The notes under the pieces were generated by a model that was given only the letters and a program-made list of their open reading frames with translations, did not search any database and had not been told where the DNA came from. Shown here one piece after another: positions 38,520-49,389 of a stretch of 62,387 bases of DNA (within the stretch, counting starts at the first letter, position 1; each line of letters opens with the position of its first letter). The translations under genes were made by a program, and so were the position numbers. Origin of the DNA: an uncultured virus (IMG/VR IMGVR_UViG_3300032167_000064) (Duplodnaviria; Heunggongvirae; Uroviricota; Caudoviricetes); IMG/VR virus record IMGVR_UViG_3300032167_000064, positions 62,001-124,387 of that record, one strand, 5' to 3'.

Positions 38520-40821
38520 TATCGTTGCCAATAGACGTAGAGCAATTCCTGCAGTACAAGATGGATTAAAACCTGTTCAAAGAAGATCTTTATATGGAGC
38601 ATTTAAGAAAGGTTTTAGAAAACCTAGTCAACATGGCAAATCAGCTCAGCTTACTGGTCTGGTTATGGGCGATTATCATCCACATGGAGATAGTTCAATT
38701 TATGATGCTTTTGTTACTATGGCTGCTTGGTATAAAATTAAATATCCATTAATGTATGGATATGGTAACTGGGGTAATGTTTCTGGAGCTGGAGCAGCAG
38801 CTCAACGATATACTGAAGTTGCACTTAGTGATTTCGGCTATGATGTTATGATTGACGAATTAGCACAATCAACAAATATTGTAGACTGGATTGATACTTA
38901 TACAAGAAAAGATAAGGAACCTGAATATCTTCCAGCTAAATTACCTAATCTTTTAATTAATGGAGCATTTGGTATCGGTGTTGGTATGAGTATTAATGTA
39001 CCGTCTCATAATGTAGGAGAAGTTATTGATGTTATTATCAATCTTATCAAAAATCCGAATGCTAAAGCTGTATTAATTCCCGATCTTATTCAGGAATGTG
39101 ATATTGTAAATACAGATTGGGAGGAAATTTCTAATACTGGTAGAGGTTCTTTTAAAGTGAGAGGTAGAATTATTACCGAACAGGACAAGAACGGTAATTA
39201 TACTTTAAGAATTGTATCATTACCTGATCAGGTTACTACTACATCAGTATATGAAAAAATCCTTGATATGATTGCTGACAAACAGCTCCCTATGGTTAAG
39301 GATGTATTCAACTCCTTACAGAATAAGAAGCCAAATATTATTATTAATTTATCTAAAGGAGCTGATCCTGGATATGTAAAGCAGGCTATTTATGCTAAAA
39401 CTAAAGTTCAGGATTCAATCAATGTAAACTTTGAAGCAGTATCTATGAATGGTATTGACTTGGAGAGATTCTCATATAAGAAATATCTTATGGATTTTAT
39501 CGATCAGAGAATGTCTATTAAATTTAGACTGTATTGTAATCTACTTCAGCAGGTTATGACAAAACATCTTCAGATCGATGCATTAGTTAAAGTTGTTGGT
39601 TCCAAAGAATTTGACAAACTTATGAATATGATTCGTAAGTATAATGGAACAGATGCTGAGCCTATTGTTGAGTTTATGATCAAGAATTGTGGAGTAAGTG
39701 ATATTCAGGCTAAATATATTTTAGCAAGAACTCTTCCTCAGCTTTCCAAAGGTCATCTTGCCGCATATATCAAAGAAAGAGATGAATTGCAGAAGAAAAT
39801 TGATATTTACATGCAATATGTAACCGACGATGGAACTCTTATTAAGAATGAGATTATCGAAGAGCTTCAGGAATTAAAGAAGAAATATAATACTCCTAGA
39901 CTCTGTACTATTGTTGATGCAAAAGAAAATGCTGATATCCCTAAAGGTATCTTTAAGGTTATTATTACAGAAAGAAACTATATTAGAAAGATTCCTGATG
40001 TAGATAAGATTGCTGTAATTAAGAAAGATAATCCTAAATTTATTCTTCGAGTTGACAATGCAGAGAATCTGCTTATCTTTGACAATAAAGGTAAAGTATT
40101 TAGTCTTCCGGTTCATAAGATTCCTATTACAGATAGAAGTGGTATTGGTACAGATGTAAGAATTCTTATCAAGAACTTGACATCTAATATTGCTTCTGTT
40201 TATTATGAACCTATCTTTGATAAGATTAGCAAAGGAACAAATAAGCACTATCTTACAGTATTAACTAAGTCTAATACTATTAAGAAACTTGATATTGAAG
40301 ATTTCTTAAATGTATCACCATCTGGTCTTATGTATTCTAAGATTAGACCTGAAGATGAAGTTGTTGGAGTATCTTTGGTACCTCACAATCTTGACATTGC
40401 TATTTGTAGTGGAAAGAAAGTTTTGAGATGTAAACTTAAAGATGTACCTTTGTATAAGAGAAATGCTGCTGGTTCTAGAGCTATGTCTAGTAATGAAGAT
40501 ATGACTGGATTATCAGTATTATATCCTGATAGTACAGATATTGTTGTAGTTACAAAGAATGGTAAGTTTAACAGATTCAATATTGCTATGCTTACTTGTA
40601 GTGCAAGAGGTAGAAGTGGTAATAAAGTAATTAAGCTGGATAATAATGATGATATTCTGAATGTATTTGCTGTAAATGAAACTGATAAAATCAGATTACT
40701 TACAACAGATGGAGTTGAAGAGATTAATGTATCAGATATCAAAGTTAAATCCAGTATTGCTGCTGGTACTAAAATGGTACAAAGTAAAGGTGTTATTGTA
40801 AAAGCTGATGTTATAAGATAA
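38455..40821 (+). CDS. gyrA: Type IIA topoisomerase subunit A (GyrA/ParC-like)
   Basis: RAIP..DGLKPVQRR, YHPHGDSS, catalytic AAQRYTE, PNLLING and PSHN motifs; C-terminal beta-pinwheel repeats. Confidence 0.9.
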   Translation: MAEKIVERSATSMYVEDQAKYSIVANRRRAIPAVQDGLKPVQRRSLYGAFKKGFRKPSQHGKSAQLTGLVMGDYHPHGDSSIYDAFVTMAAWYKIKYPLMYGYGNWGNVSGAGAAAQRYTEVALSDFGYDVMIDELAQSTNIVDWIDTYTRKDKEPEYLPAKLPNLLINGAFGIGVGMSINVPSHNVGEVIDVIINLIKNPNAKAVLIPDLIQECDIVNTDWEEISNTGRGSFKVRGRIITEQDKNGNYTLRIVSLPDQVTTTSVYEKILDMIADKQLPMVKDVFNSLQNKKPNIIINLSKGADPGYVKQAIYAKTKVQDSINVNFEAVSMNGIDLERFSYKKYLMDFIDQRMSIKFRLYCNLLQQVMTKHLQIDALVKVVGSKEFDKLMNMIRKYNGTDAEPIVEFMIKNCGVSDIQAKYILARTLPQLSKGHLAAYIKERDELQKKIDIYMQYVTDDGTLIKNEIIEELQELKKKYNTPRLCTIVDAKENADIPKGIFKVIITERNYIRKIPDVDKIAVIKKDNPKFILRVDNAENLLIFDNKGKVFSLPVHKIPITDRSGIGTDVRILIKNLTSNIASVYYEPIFDKISKGTNKHYLTVLTKSNTIKKLDIEDFLNVSPSGLMYSKIRPEDEVVGVSLVPHNLDIAICSGKKVLRCKLKDVPLYKRNAAGSRAMSSNEDMTGLSVLYPDSTDIVVVTKNGKFNRFNIAMLTCSARGRSGNKVIKLDNNDDILNVFAVNETDKIRLLTTDGVEEINVSDIKVKSSIAAGTKMVQSKGVIVKADVIR

Positions 40822-40824
40822 TTT

Positions 40825-40867
40825 AACGTGGTATAGAGTATTTCTACTCTATACCACGTTTTATTTT
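40825..40867 (+). terminator. Rho-independent terminator
   Basis: AACGTGGTATAGAGTA / TACTCTATACCACGTT followed by a T tract. Confidence 0.8.
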
Positions 40868-40880
40868 TAAAGGAGTAAAT

Positions 40881-41204
40881 ATGAGAGTATTTGATATCAA
40901 AAATTGTATAATGTTGAAATCTTATAGTTTGTTTACATATAAATTTGCTTATTTTGATATTAAAGAAAATTATTTAGCAGATGACTTATTTATTAAATAT
41001 AAAATAAGAGTAAAATTTGGTAGAGAATTTTGGAAAGATGATGATAAATATGCTTTGATAATGTGTAAAATTAAGAAACGAGATGTACCAAAATTTATAC
41101 AAGCGATAGGAGAATTAGAAAATAAAGCTTTGCTTATGGGTTATGTAGATTATCCAGCTTTTTGTAAGAAAACAATAGAATCATTTAATCATAGAGAAAA
41201 ATAA
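40881..41204 (+). CDS. Hypothetical protein
   Basis: RBS AAGGAG; 107 aa. Confidence 0.65.
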   Translation: MRVFDIKNCIMLKSYSLFTYKFAYFDIKENYLADDLFIKYKIRVKFGREFWKDDDKYALIMCKIKKRDVPKFIQAIGELENKALLMGYVDYPAFCKKTIESFNHREK

Positions 41205-41223
41205 TAAATCTTGAGGAGATGAA

Positions 41224-41478
41224 ATGAACAATAAACAAAATATTTCTACTATAGAAGAAACTATGACAAGGGCAGAATATTATAAATATATTGGTTTATC
41301 AGGATCTCCTATAGATAGACCAAATGATATAGCAGACGAAACTTTTAAAATTCATTGCAACCAGTTAGCAAATTTTGCTAATCAATTTATAGATTTTTGT
41401 AAATCTGAAGATAAAATATCCAATGGTATAAGTTTATCAGATTTTAAATATAATTCAAATGATAATAGAAAAATGTAA
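41224..41478 (+). CDS. Hypothetical protein
   Basis: RBS GAGGAG; 84 aa. Confidence 0.6.
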   Translation: MNNKQNISTIEETMTRAEYYKYIGLSGSPIDRPNDIADETFKIHCNQLANFANQFIDFCKSEDKISNGISLSDFKYNSNDNRKM

Positions 41479-41573
41479 AAGTTAGAAATTTGAATTATAT
41501 AATATAATAATGAATAAAGATATATATTATTCAACAAATGATACTATTATAAAAATACATGGAGGTGCTTTTT

Positions 41574-41999
41574 ATGAGCAAATTATCTACAGAAGAAAGA
41601 TTACAAAAGGAAATCGTAAGAATTAGCCAAAGAAAAGAAAGAAATATTAAGGCTTACCAGAAGTCTATGTTCAAGAAATTCATTGGATATCATATTGTCA
41701 CCGTATTTCAGGTAATCGTAGCCATTGTACTTACATTGATAGCAATGTTTTCATTATGGAATCATTTTAATCCTACTCAGGATTACTTATATTTTATAGT
41801 AATCTATGCTGTTTTCGGTAATATGTTAAATATGATATATTTTGGCATTGCTGGAGAAAGATTAAAGAGATACAAAAACATGACAGGATTAAAGATGAAA
41901 TTAAGAGAAAGACAGATCAATGAGTATTTTGATTACCAGATTCGCGATGAGTATGAACGTGCTGGATATGAATGGTATCTGGCATGGACAGAAGTGTAA
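41574..41999 (+). CDS. Membrane protein (2 TM segments)
   Basis: ATG at 41574 after GGAGGT; two hydrophobic segments; terminator at 42012-42041. Confidence 0.65.
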   Translation: MSKLSTEERLQKEIVRISQRKERNIKAYQKSMFKKFIGYHIVTVFQVIVAIVLTLIAMFSLWNHFNPTQDYLYFIVIYAVFGNMLNMIYFGIAGERLKRYKNMTGLKMKLRERQINEYFDYQIRDEYERAGYEWYLAWTEV

Positions 42000-42124
42000 A
42001 GATAATATGAGAATAAACCCGAGAGATCGGGTTTATTTTTTGTTAAAAATAATATGTTTCACAACTCAATATTAAATTATAAGATTTAATAAAAATACTA
42101 TTAGAATAGGAGAGATTTAACGAA

Positions 42125-43384
42125 ATGGCTATGGATTTAAAGTCACAGTTTAGAAGTAAACTGTCTAAAGTAAAAACGACCGGTGTAAATAGGTCAGCAG
42201 ATTTCGATGTTATGTATACTACAGGATTCTTATCCTTAGATTATCTCAATGGTACAGTGGTTCATGTCAACGGAGAAGACAGAAATTTTACATATAACTC
42301 TGTCGGAATTGTAGATGGTTCTGCTAATAGTATTATTGGTCGTTCCGGTTCAGGTAAGTCTACATTGACTACTCAGATTGCTGGTAATATTGTAAGACCG
42401 TTTATCAAGAAGGGTCTTCCTACTGGATTATATATTGATGATATTGAGGGTTCTCTTCCTTGGGCAAGAAAAGAGTTCTTGCTTGGTTTAACAGCAGAAG
42501 AATTAGACAAGTATGTTGATATTCGCAATGCTGGCATTACAACAGAAAACTTATATCAGCGTATTCAGGCACTTCATGATGCTAAAGTGGAAAACAGAAA
42601 AGATTATGAATATGATACTGGTTTATATGATACTAATGGTAGAAGAATTTTCAAACTTGTTCCTACTGTTTATATCATTGACTCTCTTCCTATGCTTATG
42701 CCTGAAAGTTTGGCTGAAGATGATGAGCTCGGTGGTTCTATGTCAGCATCAAGTATTGCAAAGTCTAATACTATGCTCATAAAAATGATCAGTCAGAGGC
42801 TAAAGGATGCTAACATCATCATGTTTACAGTAAATCATATTCTTGATGATATTCAGATGGGTTTCTTACCTAAGCCTGCTCAGATTTCTGGTTTGAAACA
42901 GGGTGAAAGATTACCGGGTGGTAAAGCAGCTATTTATCTTGCAAATAACATGTTTAGAGCAGACGATAGTAATACTTTGAAGAAGGATAAAGATTATGGT
43001 ATCGACGGTTCGGTTGTTAATATTACACTTGTTAAATCAAGAACTAATGCAACTAAAAGAAGTATTCCCCTTATCTTTAATAAGACAGAGGGTAGATTTG
43101 ATGAAATTTTGTCACTCTTCCATCTTATTAAATCAGAAGGATTATTCAAAGGTGCAGGTGCTTACTTATATCTCGATGATTGTCCTGATATTAAGTTCTC
43201 TGCTAGAACCTTTAAAGAAGTCTTGGAAAATTCTCCGGAATTACAGGAAGCTTTTGCTAAAGTTGCATATTCACTCTTAAGAGAATTCTTATCGGATACG
43301 AGATCTATTTCAGAAGATAATTCAAAAGCTGCAGGTAATATCTCCAATTTATTTGATAAGTTCTCTATGGCTGGTTTAGAATAG
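42125..43384 (+). CDS. RecA/UvsX-like recombinase
   Basis: YTTGFLSLDYLNG, Walker A GRSGSGKST, IIDS, VNHI, PGGKA and KSRTN motifs. Confidence 0.85.
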   Translation: MAMDLKSQFRSKLSKVKTTGVNRSADFDVMYTTGFLSLDYLNGTVVHVNGEDRNFTYNSVGIVDGSANSIIGRSGSGKSTLTTQIAGNIVRPFIKKGLPTGLYIDDIEGSLPWARKEFLLGLTAEELDKYVDIRNAGITTENLYQRIQALHDAKVENRKDYEYDTGLYDTNGRRIFKLVPTVYIIDSLPMLMPESLAEDDELGGSMSASSIAKSNTMLIKMISQRLKDANIIMFTVNHILDDIQMGFLPKPAQISGLKQGERLPGGKAAIYLANNMFRADDSNTLKKDKDYGIDGSVVNITLVKSRTNATKRSIPLIFNKTEGRFDEILSLFHLIKSEGLFKGAGAYLYLDDCPDIKFSARTFKEVLENSPELQEAFAKVAYSLLREFLSDTRSISEDNSKAAGNISNLFDKFSMAGLE

Positions 43385-43436
43385 TGAATTATAATTTGAT
43401 TATATAATATAAATATGTATAATCAGAGGAGGTATT

Positions 43437-43853
43437 ATGTACATTAACGACTTTTATAATGTTATTGAGATTGATTCGATCATAGAACAGGTTATACGAG
43501 AAAAACGAATATATGATGTAAAGGATTTGCAAGATTTGATAATTGTTGTTCCTTGTTTATATCATAGGAATGATAAAAGATATAATAATAACTTTATGCC
43601 TGAGCTATTTGACAAGGTAAAATATTTAGAGTTTCCTTACGAAACTTCTTATAAGTTCAAAGATTATCCTGAAATTAAAGTAACAGTATACGATGATTTT
43701 CCTGATAAAGTAGAAGATAAGAACGATAAGAAGCAGGTTGAGGAGGTTCTAAAATCTTATAAGAAAATAACTTGTGAAAGTTCAGGAAGTAAATTTATTT
43801 TTCAATCTTACTATAAATTTGTCATATATTCTAAGTATAACAAGAAGCAATAA
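43437..43853 (+). CDS. Hypothetical protein
   Basis: RBS GAGGAGGT; early motif at 43400. Confidence 0.65.
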   Translation: MYINDFYNVIEIDSIIEQVIREKRIYDVKDLQDLIIVVPCLYHRNDKRYNNNFMPELFDKVKYLEFPYETSYKFKDYPEIKVTVYDDFPDKVEDKNDKKQVEEVLKSYKKITCESSGSKFIFQSYYKFVIYSKYNKKQ

Positions 43854-43940
43854 TAAATGATACTATGAGATAATACCTAGGGTATGTAATAATACCCTAG
43901 GTTTTTATAAGATGATATTACTAAAACTCGGAGGTTAAAA

Positions 43941-46166
43941 ATGGCAGGATTAGGATTTTCAGATAAGATAGCAGAGAATACTAAAAATCTCCAATCTATG
44001 GAACATATGTTGGGAAAAGGTCTTATGCAACCTTTTAATAACACAAATGCAGGATCAAGAAAGATAATGTTCTCAGTTCATAAAGAACATGTCTTTCCTC
44101 TTATGAGTGCTGAAAAAGCAATAATAGAAACTGGATATGAGATCAGATATGGTGATTATTCAAGTTCTATTACAAGAGCTGATACAGATTATATTGTAGT
44201 AGCAAAGATAAGCAAGTTTTCTTTTGCACCAAATCATCATTATTGGTTGATTATTAGAGATACTAAATCTAATAAAATCGATGTTGTAGAAAGAATCTCA
44301 TATCATTATGTAACAGAATCTTATGGATATCTCTATAATAATGAATATTTGGATTCTTTATCTATAGGAGATTATATACCTAACGGTCAAGTAGTTCAGA
44401 AATCTCTTGCATTCGATGAATATAATAATAGAGCCGATGGAGTAAACTTCAATGTTGCTTATATGGCTCTTGATGATAATATGGAAGACTCAATTGTTTG
44501 TTCAGAAGCAGCCCAAAGAAAATTAGTATCTCCACTTGTAAAACCTGTAGAGATTACTATTAATGACAATGATATTCCGGTAAATCTTTATGGAAATGAT
44601 AAGGTTTACAAAATCATTCCTGATATTGGAGAAGAAATTGTAGATGCAAATCTTATTGCTCTCCGTAAAGAGAAGAAAGAAGAATCATATTTTACTCAGT
44701 CTATTAATAACTTGAGCAAGATTATGATTTCTGATGATAAAAAGAGAGTTCATGGTAGAGTTATCGATGTTAACGTATATTGTAACAATCCTGAGATTCT
44801 TGATTCTCATTATTATGCTCAAATTAAGATGTATTATAATGAGCTTCACAGATATGCGAGAGAAATTGTACATGCAGTAACACCTCTTGTATCTGCTGGT
44901 TGTGATATGACTTATGAACTTGAGAAATTATTTGCCAATTGCAAACGTGTTATGAACAATGATATGTATATTGATAAGAGACCTTTCTCTAATATTATTC
45001 TTGAAGTGGATGTACTTGAAGAAAATATGATTGAAGCTGGAGACAAGATGTCTAACAGATATGGTGGTAAAGGCGTTATTTCTAAGATTCTTCCTATGGA
45101 TCAGATGCCTAGATTTAAGAATGCTAGAGGTGAATATGAATATCTCGATGTAATCTTCAATTCATCTACTATGATCAACCGCGAAAATACAGGACAGAAC
45201 TTTGAATTATCATTGAACCATATTTCTGCAGAAATTATCAATTATATAGTTGGTAATAACTTGAGCTTGGAAGAAGCTTATGGTTTGATTTATAAGTTTG
45301 TATCAATGTGTGCTCCAGAGCAGGCTGCTTATATGGAAGAAAGAAGAAGATCTATGTCAAGAGACGAACTTATCTTCTATGTAGAATCAATTATCAATTC
45401 TGGTACTATTCATCTTAGTATCAAACCTATTTCTGAATCTATGGATATCGATAGACTCAGAGATATTTATGCAGCATTTCCATTTGTGCAGCAAAATCTT
45501 GTAGAGGTTCCTATTGAAGGTTCTGATGGAAGTATCAGATATGTACCTGCAAGAAGAAGAATGGTAATTGGTAAGCAGTATATTTACAGATTAAAACAGT
45601 TTGCTGAAGAGAAGTTTTCTGCAACTTCATTGTCAGCAACTAATATCAGAAATGAAAATACAAAATCTAGAGTTAAGAAAGACTTTAGAGAATTGTATCC
45701 TAATACACCGATTAGATTTGGTAATATGGAAACCAATAATATGGCTCATATCGGTGTAGAAGCTCTTATCTCTAATATGATGATTCATAGTTTATCTCCT
45801 CAGGGTAGAAGATTAGTAGAGCAGATGTATACTGGAGATCCGTTTAAGATTGATATTAAACTTAATAGTGATTCTAAGAATAGATCTGCAGAAATTGCTA
45901 ATACTTATTTGAAGGCTATTGGTAGACGACTTAGATTTATCAAGAGAAAGAAGAACTTTTCACAAATTACTATTTCTCCTATTAGCTTTGACAGAGATCC
46001 TTATCAAAGACCAATTTCATTTGTTCCTAAAGATCAAAGAGCAGGATTTGATTATGTGAAAGATTATGAAGAGAGACAGAAGTATGAAGAATTGAAGAAG
46101 AAAGCAGGTGCTTTTTCTCCGATTGAATTTGAAGGTATAGATACAAGGAGAGTTAAGGAGGATTAA
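43941..46166 (+). CDS. Phage multisubunit RNA polymerase beta C-terminal subunit (non-virion type)
   Basis: PFNNTNAGSRKIM, NMEDS, GDKMSNRYGGKGVIS, NREN.GQ, YIYRLKQ and PIRFGNME motifs. Confidence 0.9.
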   Translation: MAGLGFSDKIAENTKNLQSMEHMLGKGLMQPFNNTNAGSRKIMFSVHKEHVFPLMSAEKAIIETGYEIRYGDYSSSITRADTDYIVVAKISKFSFAPNHHYWLIIRDTKSNKIDVVERISYHYVTESYGYLYNNEYLDSLSIGDYIPNGQVVQKSLAFDEYNNRADGVNFNVAYMALDDNMEDSIVCSEAAQRKLVSPLVKPVEITINDNDIPVNLYGNDKVYKIIPDIGEEIVDANLIALRKEKKEESYFTQSINNLSKIMISDDKKRVHGRVIDVNVYCNNPEILDSHYYAQIKMYYNELHRYAREIVHAVTPLVSAGCDMTYELEKLFANCKRVMNNDMYIDKRPFSNIILEVDVLEENMIEAGDKMSNRYGGKGVISKILPMDQMPRFKNARGEYEYLDVIFNSSTMINRENTGQNFELSLNHISAEIINYIVGNNLSLEEAYGLIYKFVSMCAPEQAAYMEERRRSMSRDELIFYVESIINSGTIHLSIKPISESMDIDRLRDIYAAFPFVQQNLVEVPIEGSDGSIRYVPARRRMVIGKQYIYRLKQFAEEKFSATSLSATNIRNENTKSRVKKDFRELYPNTPIRFGNMETNNMAHIGVEALISNMMIHSLSPQGRRLVEQMYTGDPFKIDIKLNSDSKNRSAEIANTYLKAIGRRLRFIKRKKNFSQITISPISFDRDPYQRPISFVPKDQRAGFDYVKDYEERQKYEELKKKAGAFSPIEFEGIDTRRVKED

Positions 46167-46215
46167 TCCTCCTTAACTCTTTTTATTAATAATACCAGAA
46201 AGGATACTTTAAATC

Positions 46216-46827
46216 ATGAGAGTTATGATTAACTTTTCAATTTTAACTCTTGGTACAGATGGTAATAGAATTAATAATATAATAAATACAAATTCTCAAC
46301 TCCTACAATTTCAAAAGACTATTGTTGACTATAATGATCAATATGCTTTGTCTACATATGACAAAAATACTATATTTGAAATTGCCAAGGATGTTGGGGA
46401 TTTGGCAAATATATCGATGCAATCCGTAAAGCTTAAAGATTTTACTTTTTTCTACGAAGATTCGATTTGTTTTAAAGTTCAGGGTAGCAATATATACCAG
46501 CTGAATAATTTATCTGCTAATATTAACAAAGAAACTATTATAAGAGGATTCAATATATCATTTCAGGAATATTTGGAGAGACAGATTATTACTGTAGAAG
46601 ATTTTCGAAATGGTAATCTGACTGAAGATTTTATTATATTGAATTTGTATGTTCTTGAAAAAGGAAAACCTTGTGCTGTAATAGAACCAGGTGAATTAAA
46701 AAGTAAATCTCCTCATCCTTGTTGGAATTTTGTTGCAAAATTAAGACGAAATGATTGCAGAAGATCTTTAAATGAAGAAGAATATACTGATGAAGATGAT
46801 GAGAATTATAATGATGGCTGGATATAA
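46216..46827 (+). CDS. Hypothetical protein
   Basis: 203-aa ORF. Confidence 0.6.
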   Translation: MRVMINFSILTLGTDGNRINNIINTNSQLLQFQKTIVDYNDQYALSTYDKNTIFEIAKDVGDLANISMQSVKLKDFTFFYEDSICFKVQGSNIYQLNNLSANINKETIIRGFNISFQEYLERQIITVEDFRNGNLTEDFIILNLYVLEKGKPCAVIEPGELKSKSPHPCWNFVAKLRRNDCRRSLNEEEYTDEDDENYNDGWI

Positions 46828-46871
46828 TTTCTCATAGTTATATATTATAAATATGAGAAAAGGAGGTTATT

Positions 46872-49289
46872 ATGAACAGTTTTGATTATTCGAAAATTCA
46901 AGATATATTGAATCATCTGTTAGCGAGAGATTTAAATATCATGACATCTGACAATATTAAATTTGTCAATGATTGTGCTATAAATTTATATCAGATTCCT
47001 TATATGAAATATACTCCATCTGATATTGATGGATTAAAGAGTATATTAAGAATCTGTAATATCTTGTATAATAGGACTGACCTGAGAGTTCTTCCTATAG
47101 AAGATGGATTTTATGATTTGCTCTTAGAATTATATAAGAGATTTGATCCTAATTTTCAGGTTGGATCTGATGTTATAGATTTCGAGTCTGGTACAGATTT
47201 TACAACCGATATCGTTAAAAAAGAAATAATATGTCCAATTGAATTTGTGCCACCAAGAAAGAAAAAAGGTGATGATGATCTTAGAGATCATATATATAAT
47301 GAAATTATTATGAAAGGAAAATCTACTCTGAATAAGAGAGATTTTTATACTTCTCCAATTGAATTCGAAGCAGCTTATATTCCTAAGAGACTTCATAATA
47401 TTGAACACAATCATCCAACTCTTGTTGGTACTTTAGATAAAGCAAAATTTGTATTAAATCAGGATGCTATAAATGCTGGTGTATTTAATGATCCGAATGT
47501 AAGTATACTAGAAAGAGATTTCTTTCAGGATCATCTATCAAAAGGTATCTATGATAAAAATAGAGTAATTCATATTGTTTGTGAAATAAAGTATGATGGA
47601 ATTTCTGTAGAAGGAGATTGTAATTTTACTCTTCAGTCTGCTAGATCAAGAGGAGATACAGGAATGGGAGCAGCAAGTGATATGACTCCTATATTGAAGG
47701 ATTATATATTCAAAAATGCTGCTTGTATGATAGGCGAAGAACCTGTTGGAGTTAAGTTTGAAGCGATTATGACTAAATCTGATTTATATCGTTTCAATAT
47801 AGCAAGAGGTAAGAATTATGCAAACTGTAGAACAGCTATAGTTGGTCTCTTTGGTGCTAGTGATGCATATTTATATAGAGATTATATTACATTGGTTCCT
47901 CTTGCTTTGGACTTAGAACAATTTAATGCAACTCATCCTAATATTGCTATTACAGATAGATTATCTGAAATTGCTTTCATCAACAGTGTATTCACTTCTA
48001 ATGGTGAACCTTTAAGATATTGTGTATTTAGCGGAACTGTTGGCGAAGTATTGTATTTGATAAAAATGTTTGTTGATGAGGCTAAGTATGCTAGAGATTT
48101 CTTAAACTTCATGTATGATGGAGTTGTAGTTAGTATTCTTGATGAAGATATTAGAATGACACTTGGTAGAAAGAATTTCATTAACAAATTCTCTATGGCT
48201 GTTAAATTTGATCCACTTGAAAAACAAACTACTTTTAGAGGATATACTTACGAAGTAGGTCAGCATGGAGATATTACACCTATGATTCATTATGATCCAG
48301 TAGAATTTAATGGAACTATTCATACAAAATCAACTGGATCGTCTTTGAATAGATTCAAAGATCTTGGTCTTAGACCTGGAGAAATTATCAATGTAACTTA
48401 TGTAAACGATGTAATGCCTTATGTAAGTAAATTGGATTGTGTACAAAACAGAGAAAACACCAATCCACCAATTCCATTCATTTCAGAGTGCCCTGTATGT
48501 GGTTCCAAACTTATGGAATCTACTTCTGGTAAATCTGCATATTGTCCTAATCATGAATGTCCTGCAAGAACAGTGCAGAGAATGACAAATATGTTTGCTA
48601 AAATGAATATTAAGGGATTTGCTGCAGCTTCATTCACAGCTTTAGGTAAATCTAACTTGAGAGATTTGTGCTCTATGTCTAAATATGAATTAGTAAACAT
48701 ATTGGGAGAAGCAGACGGTAATAATATGGCAGAAGTTATTTGTAATCTTTTGACAGTAAAACAAAGAGATTATGTTATTATGGGAGCTTTAGGTTTTACT
48801 TCTATTGCTAGAAAGAAATGGGAAGATATTTTGAGACATGTAACATTGAAAGAATTACATGATACTTATCAAAATCTTCTTGATGCTGGCTGTTCTATGG
48901 ATGAGATATTTGGAAAGTTTTCCTATTATCTTAGATCTAAGATTCCTAATCTTGGAGAGATTACAGAATATACTATTGTCAAAGAATTTCCATATTTCTT
49001 TGCAGATATTAAATTCATTGTAGAGAATATACCTTTAGAAAATTCTTATGGTATCGATAATAGTGGTAGAATTCAAGTAAGATTCACAGGATTTAGAAAT
49101 TCACAACTAGTAGAACAGTTAATTACTGCGGGATATGACGCAGGAGATGGTTCAATTACAAAGAATACTAATATTCTATTAATTCCTTATACCGGTTTTA
49201 CTAGCAGTAAAGTAACGAAAGCTGCAAAGATTCCTAATATTATGATAATGACTGAACAGGAGTTCAGAGAGAGATTTAATATCTATTAA
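46872..49289 (+). CDS. ligA: NAD-dependent DNA ligase
   Basis: EIKYDG adenylation motif, SRGD, DGVVV, AVKF, OB fold, CPVC...C....C zinc finger and C-terminal BRCT (FTGFR...SSK..KA). Confidence 0.9.
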   Translation: MNSFDYSKIQDILNHLLARDLNIMTSDNIKFVNDCAINLYQIPYMKYTPSDIDGLKSILRICNILYNRTDLRVLPIEDGFYDLLLELYKRFDPNFQVGSDVIDFESGTDFTTDIVKKEIICPIEFVPPRKKKGDDDLRDHIYNEIIMKGKSTLNKRDFYTSPIEFEAAYIPKRLHNIEHNHPTLVGTLDKAKFVLNQDAINAGVFNDPNVSILERDFFQDHLSKGIYDKNRVIHIVCEIKYDGISVEGDCNFTLQSARSRGDTGMGAASDMTPILKDYIFKNAACMIGEEPVGVKFEAIMTKSDLYRFNIARGKNYANCRTAIVGLFGASDAYLYRDYITLVPLALDLEQFNATHPNIAITDRLSEIAFINSVFTSNGEPLRYCVFSGTVGEVLYLIKMFVDEAKYARDFLNFMYDGVVVSILDEDIRMTLGRKNFINKFSMAVKFDPLEKQTTFRGYTYEVGQHGDITPMIHYDPVEFNGTIHTKSTGSSLNRFKDLGLRPGEIINVTYVNDVMPYVSKLDCVQNRENTNPPIPFISECPVCGSKLMESTSGKSAYCPNHECPARTVQRMTNMFAKMNIKGFAAASFTALGKSNLRDLCSMSKYELVNILGEADGNNMAEVICNLLTVKQRDYVIMGALGFTSIARKKWEDILRHVTLKELHDTYQNLLDAGCSMDEIFGKFSYYLRSKIPNLGEITEYTIVKEFPYFFADIKFIVENIPLENSYGIDNSGRIQVRFTGFRNSQLVEQLITAGYDAGDGSITKNTNILLIPYTGFTSSKVTKAAKIPNIMIMTEQEFRERFNIY

Positions 49290-49389
49290 GAGATTAATTC
49301 CCTATAAAGTAAGCTGAAACTTGGTTATATATTATAATCAAGATAGCATAGATATCTATTTAAAAATTAATCCTAGGAGGACAAGAACA

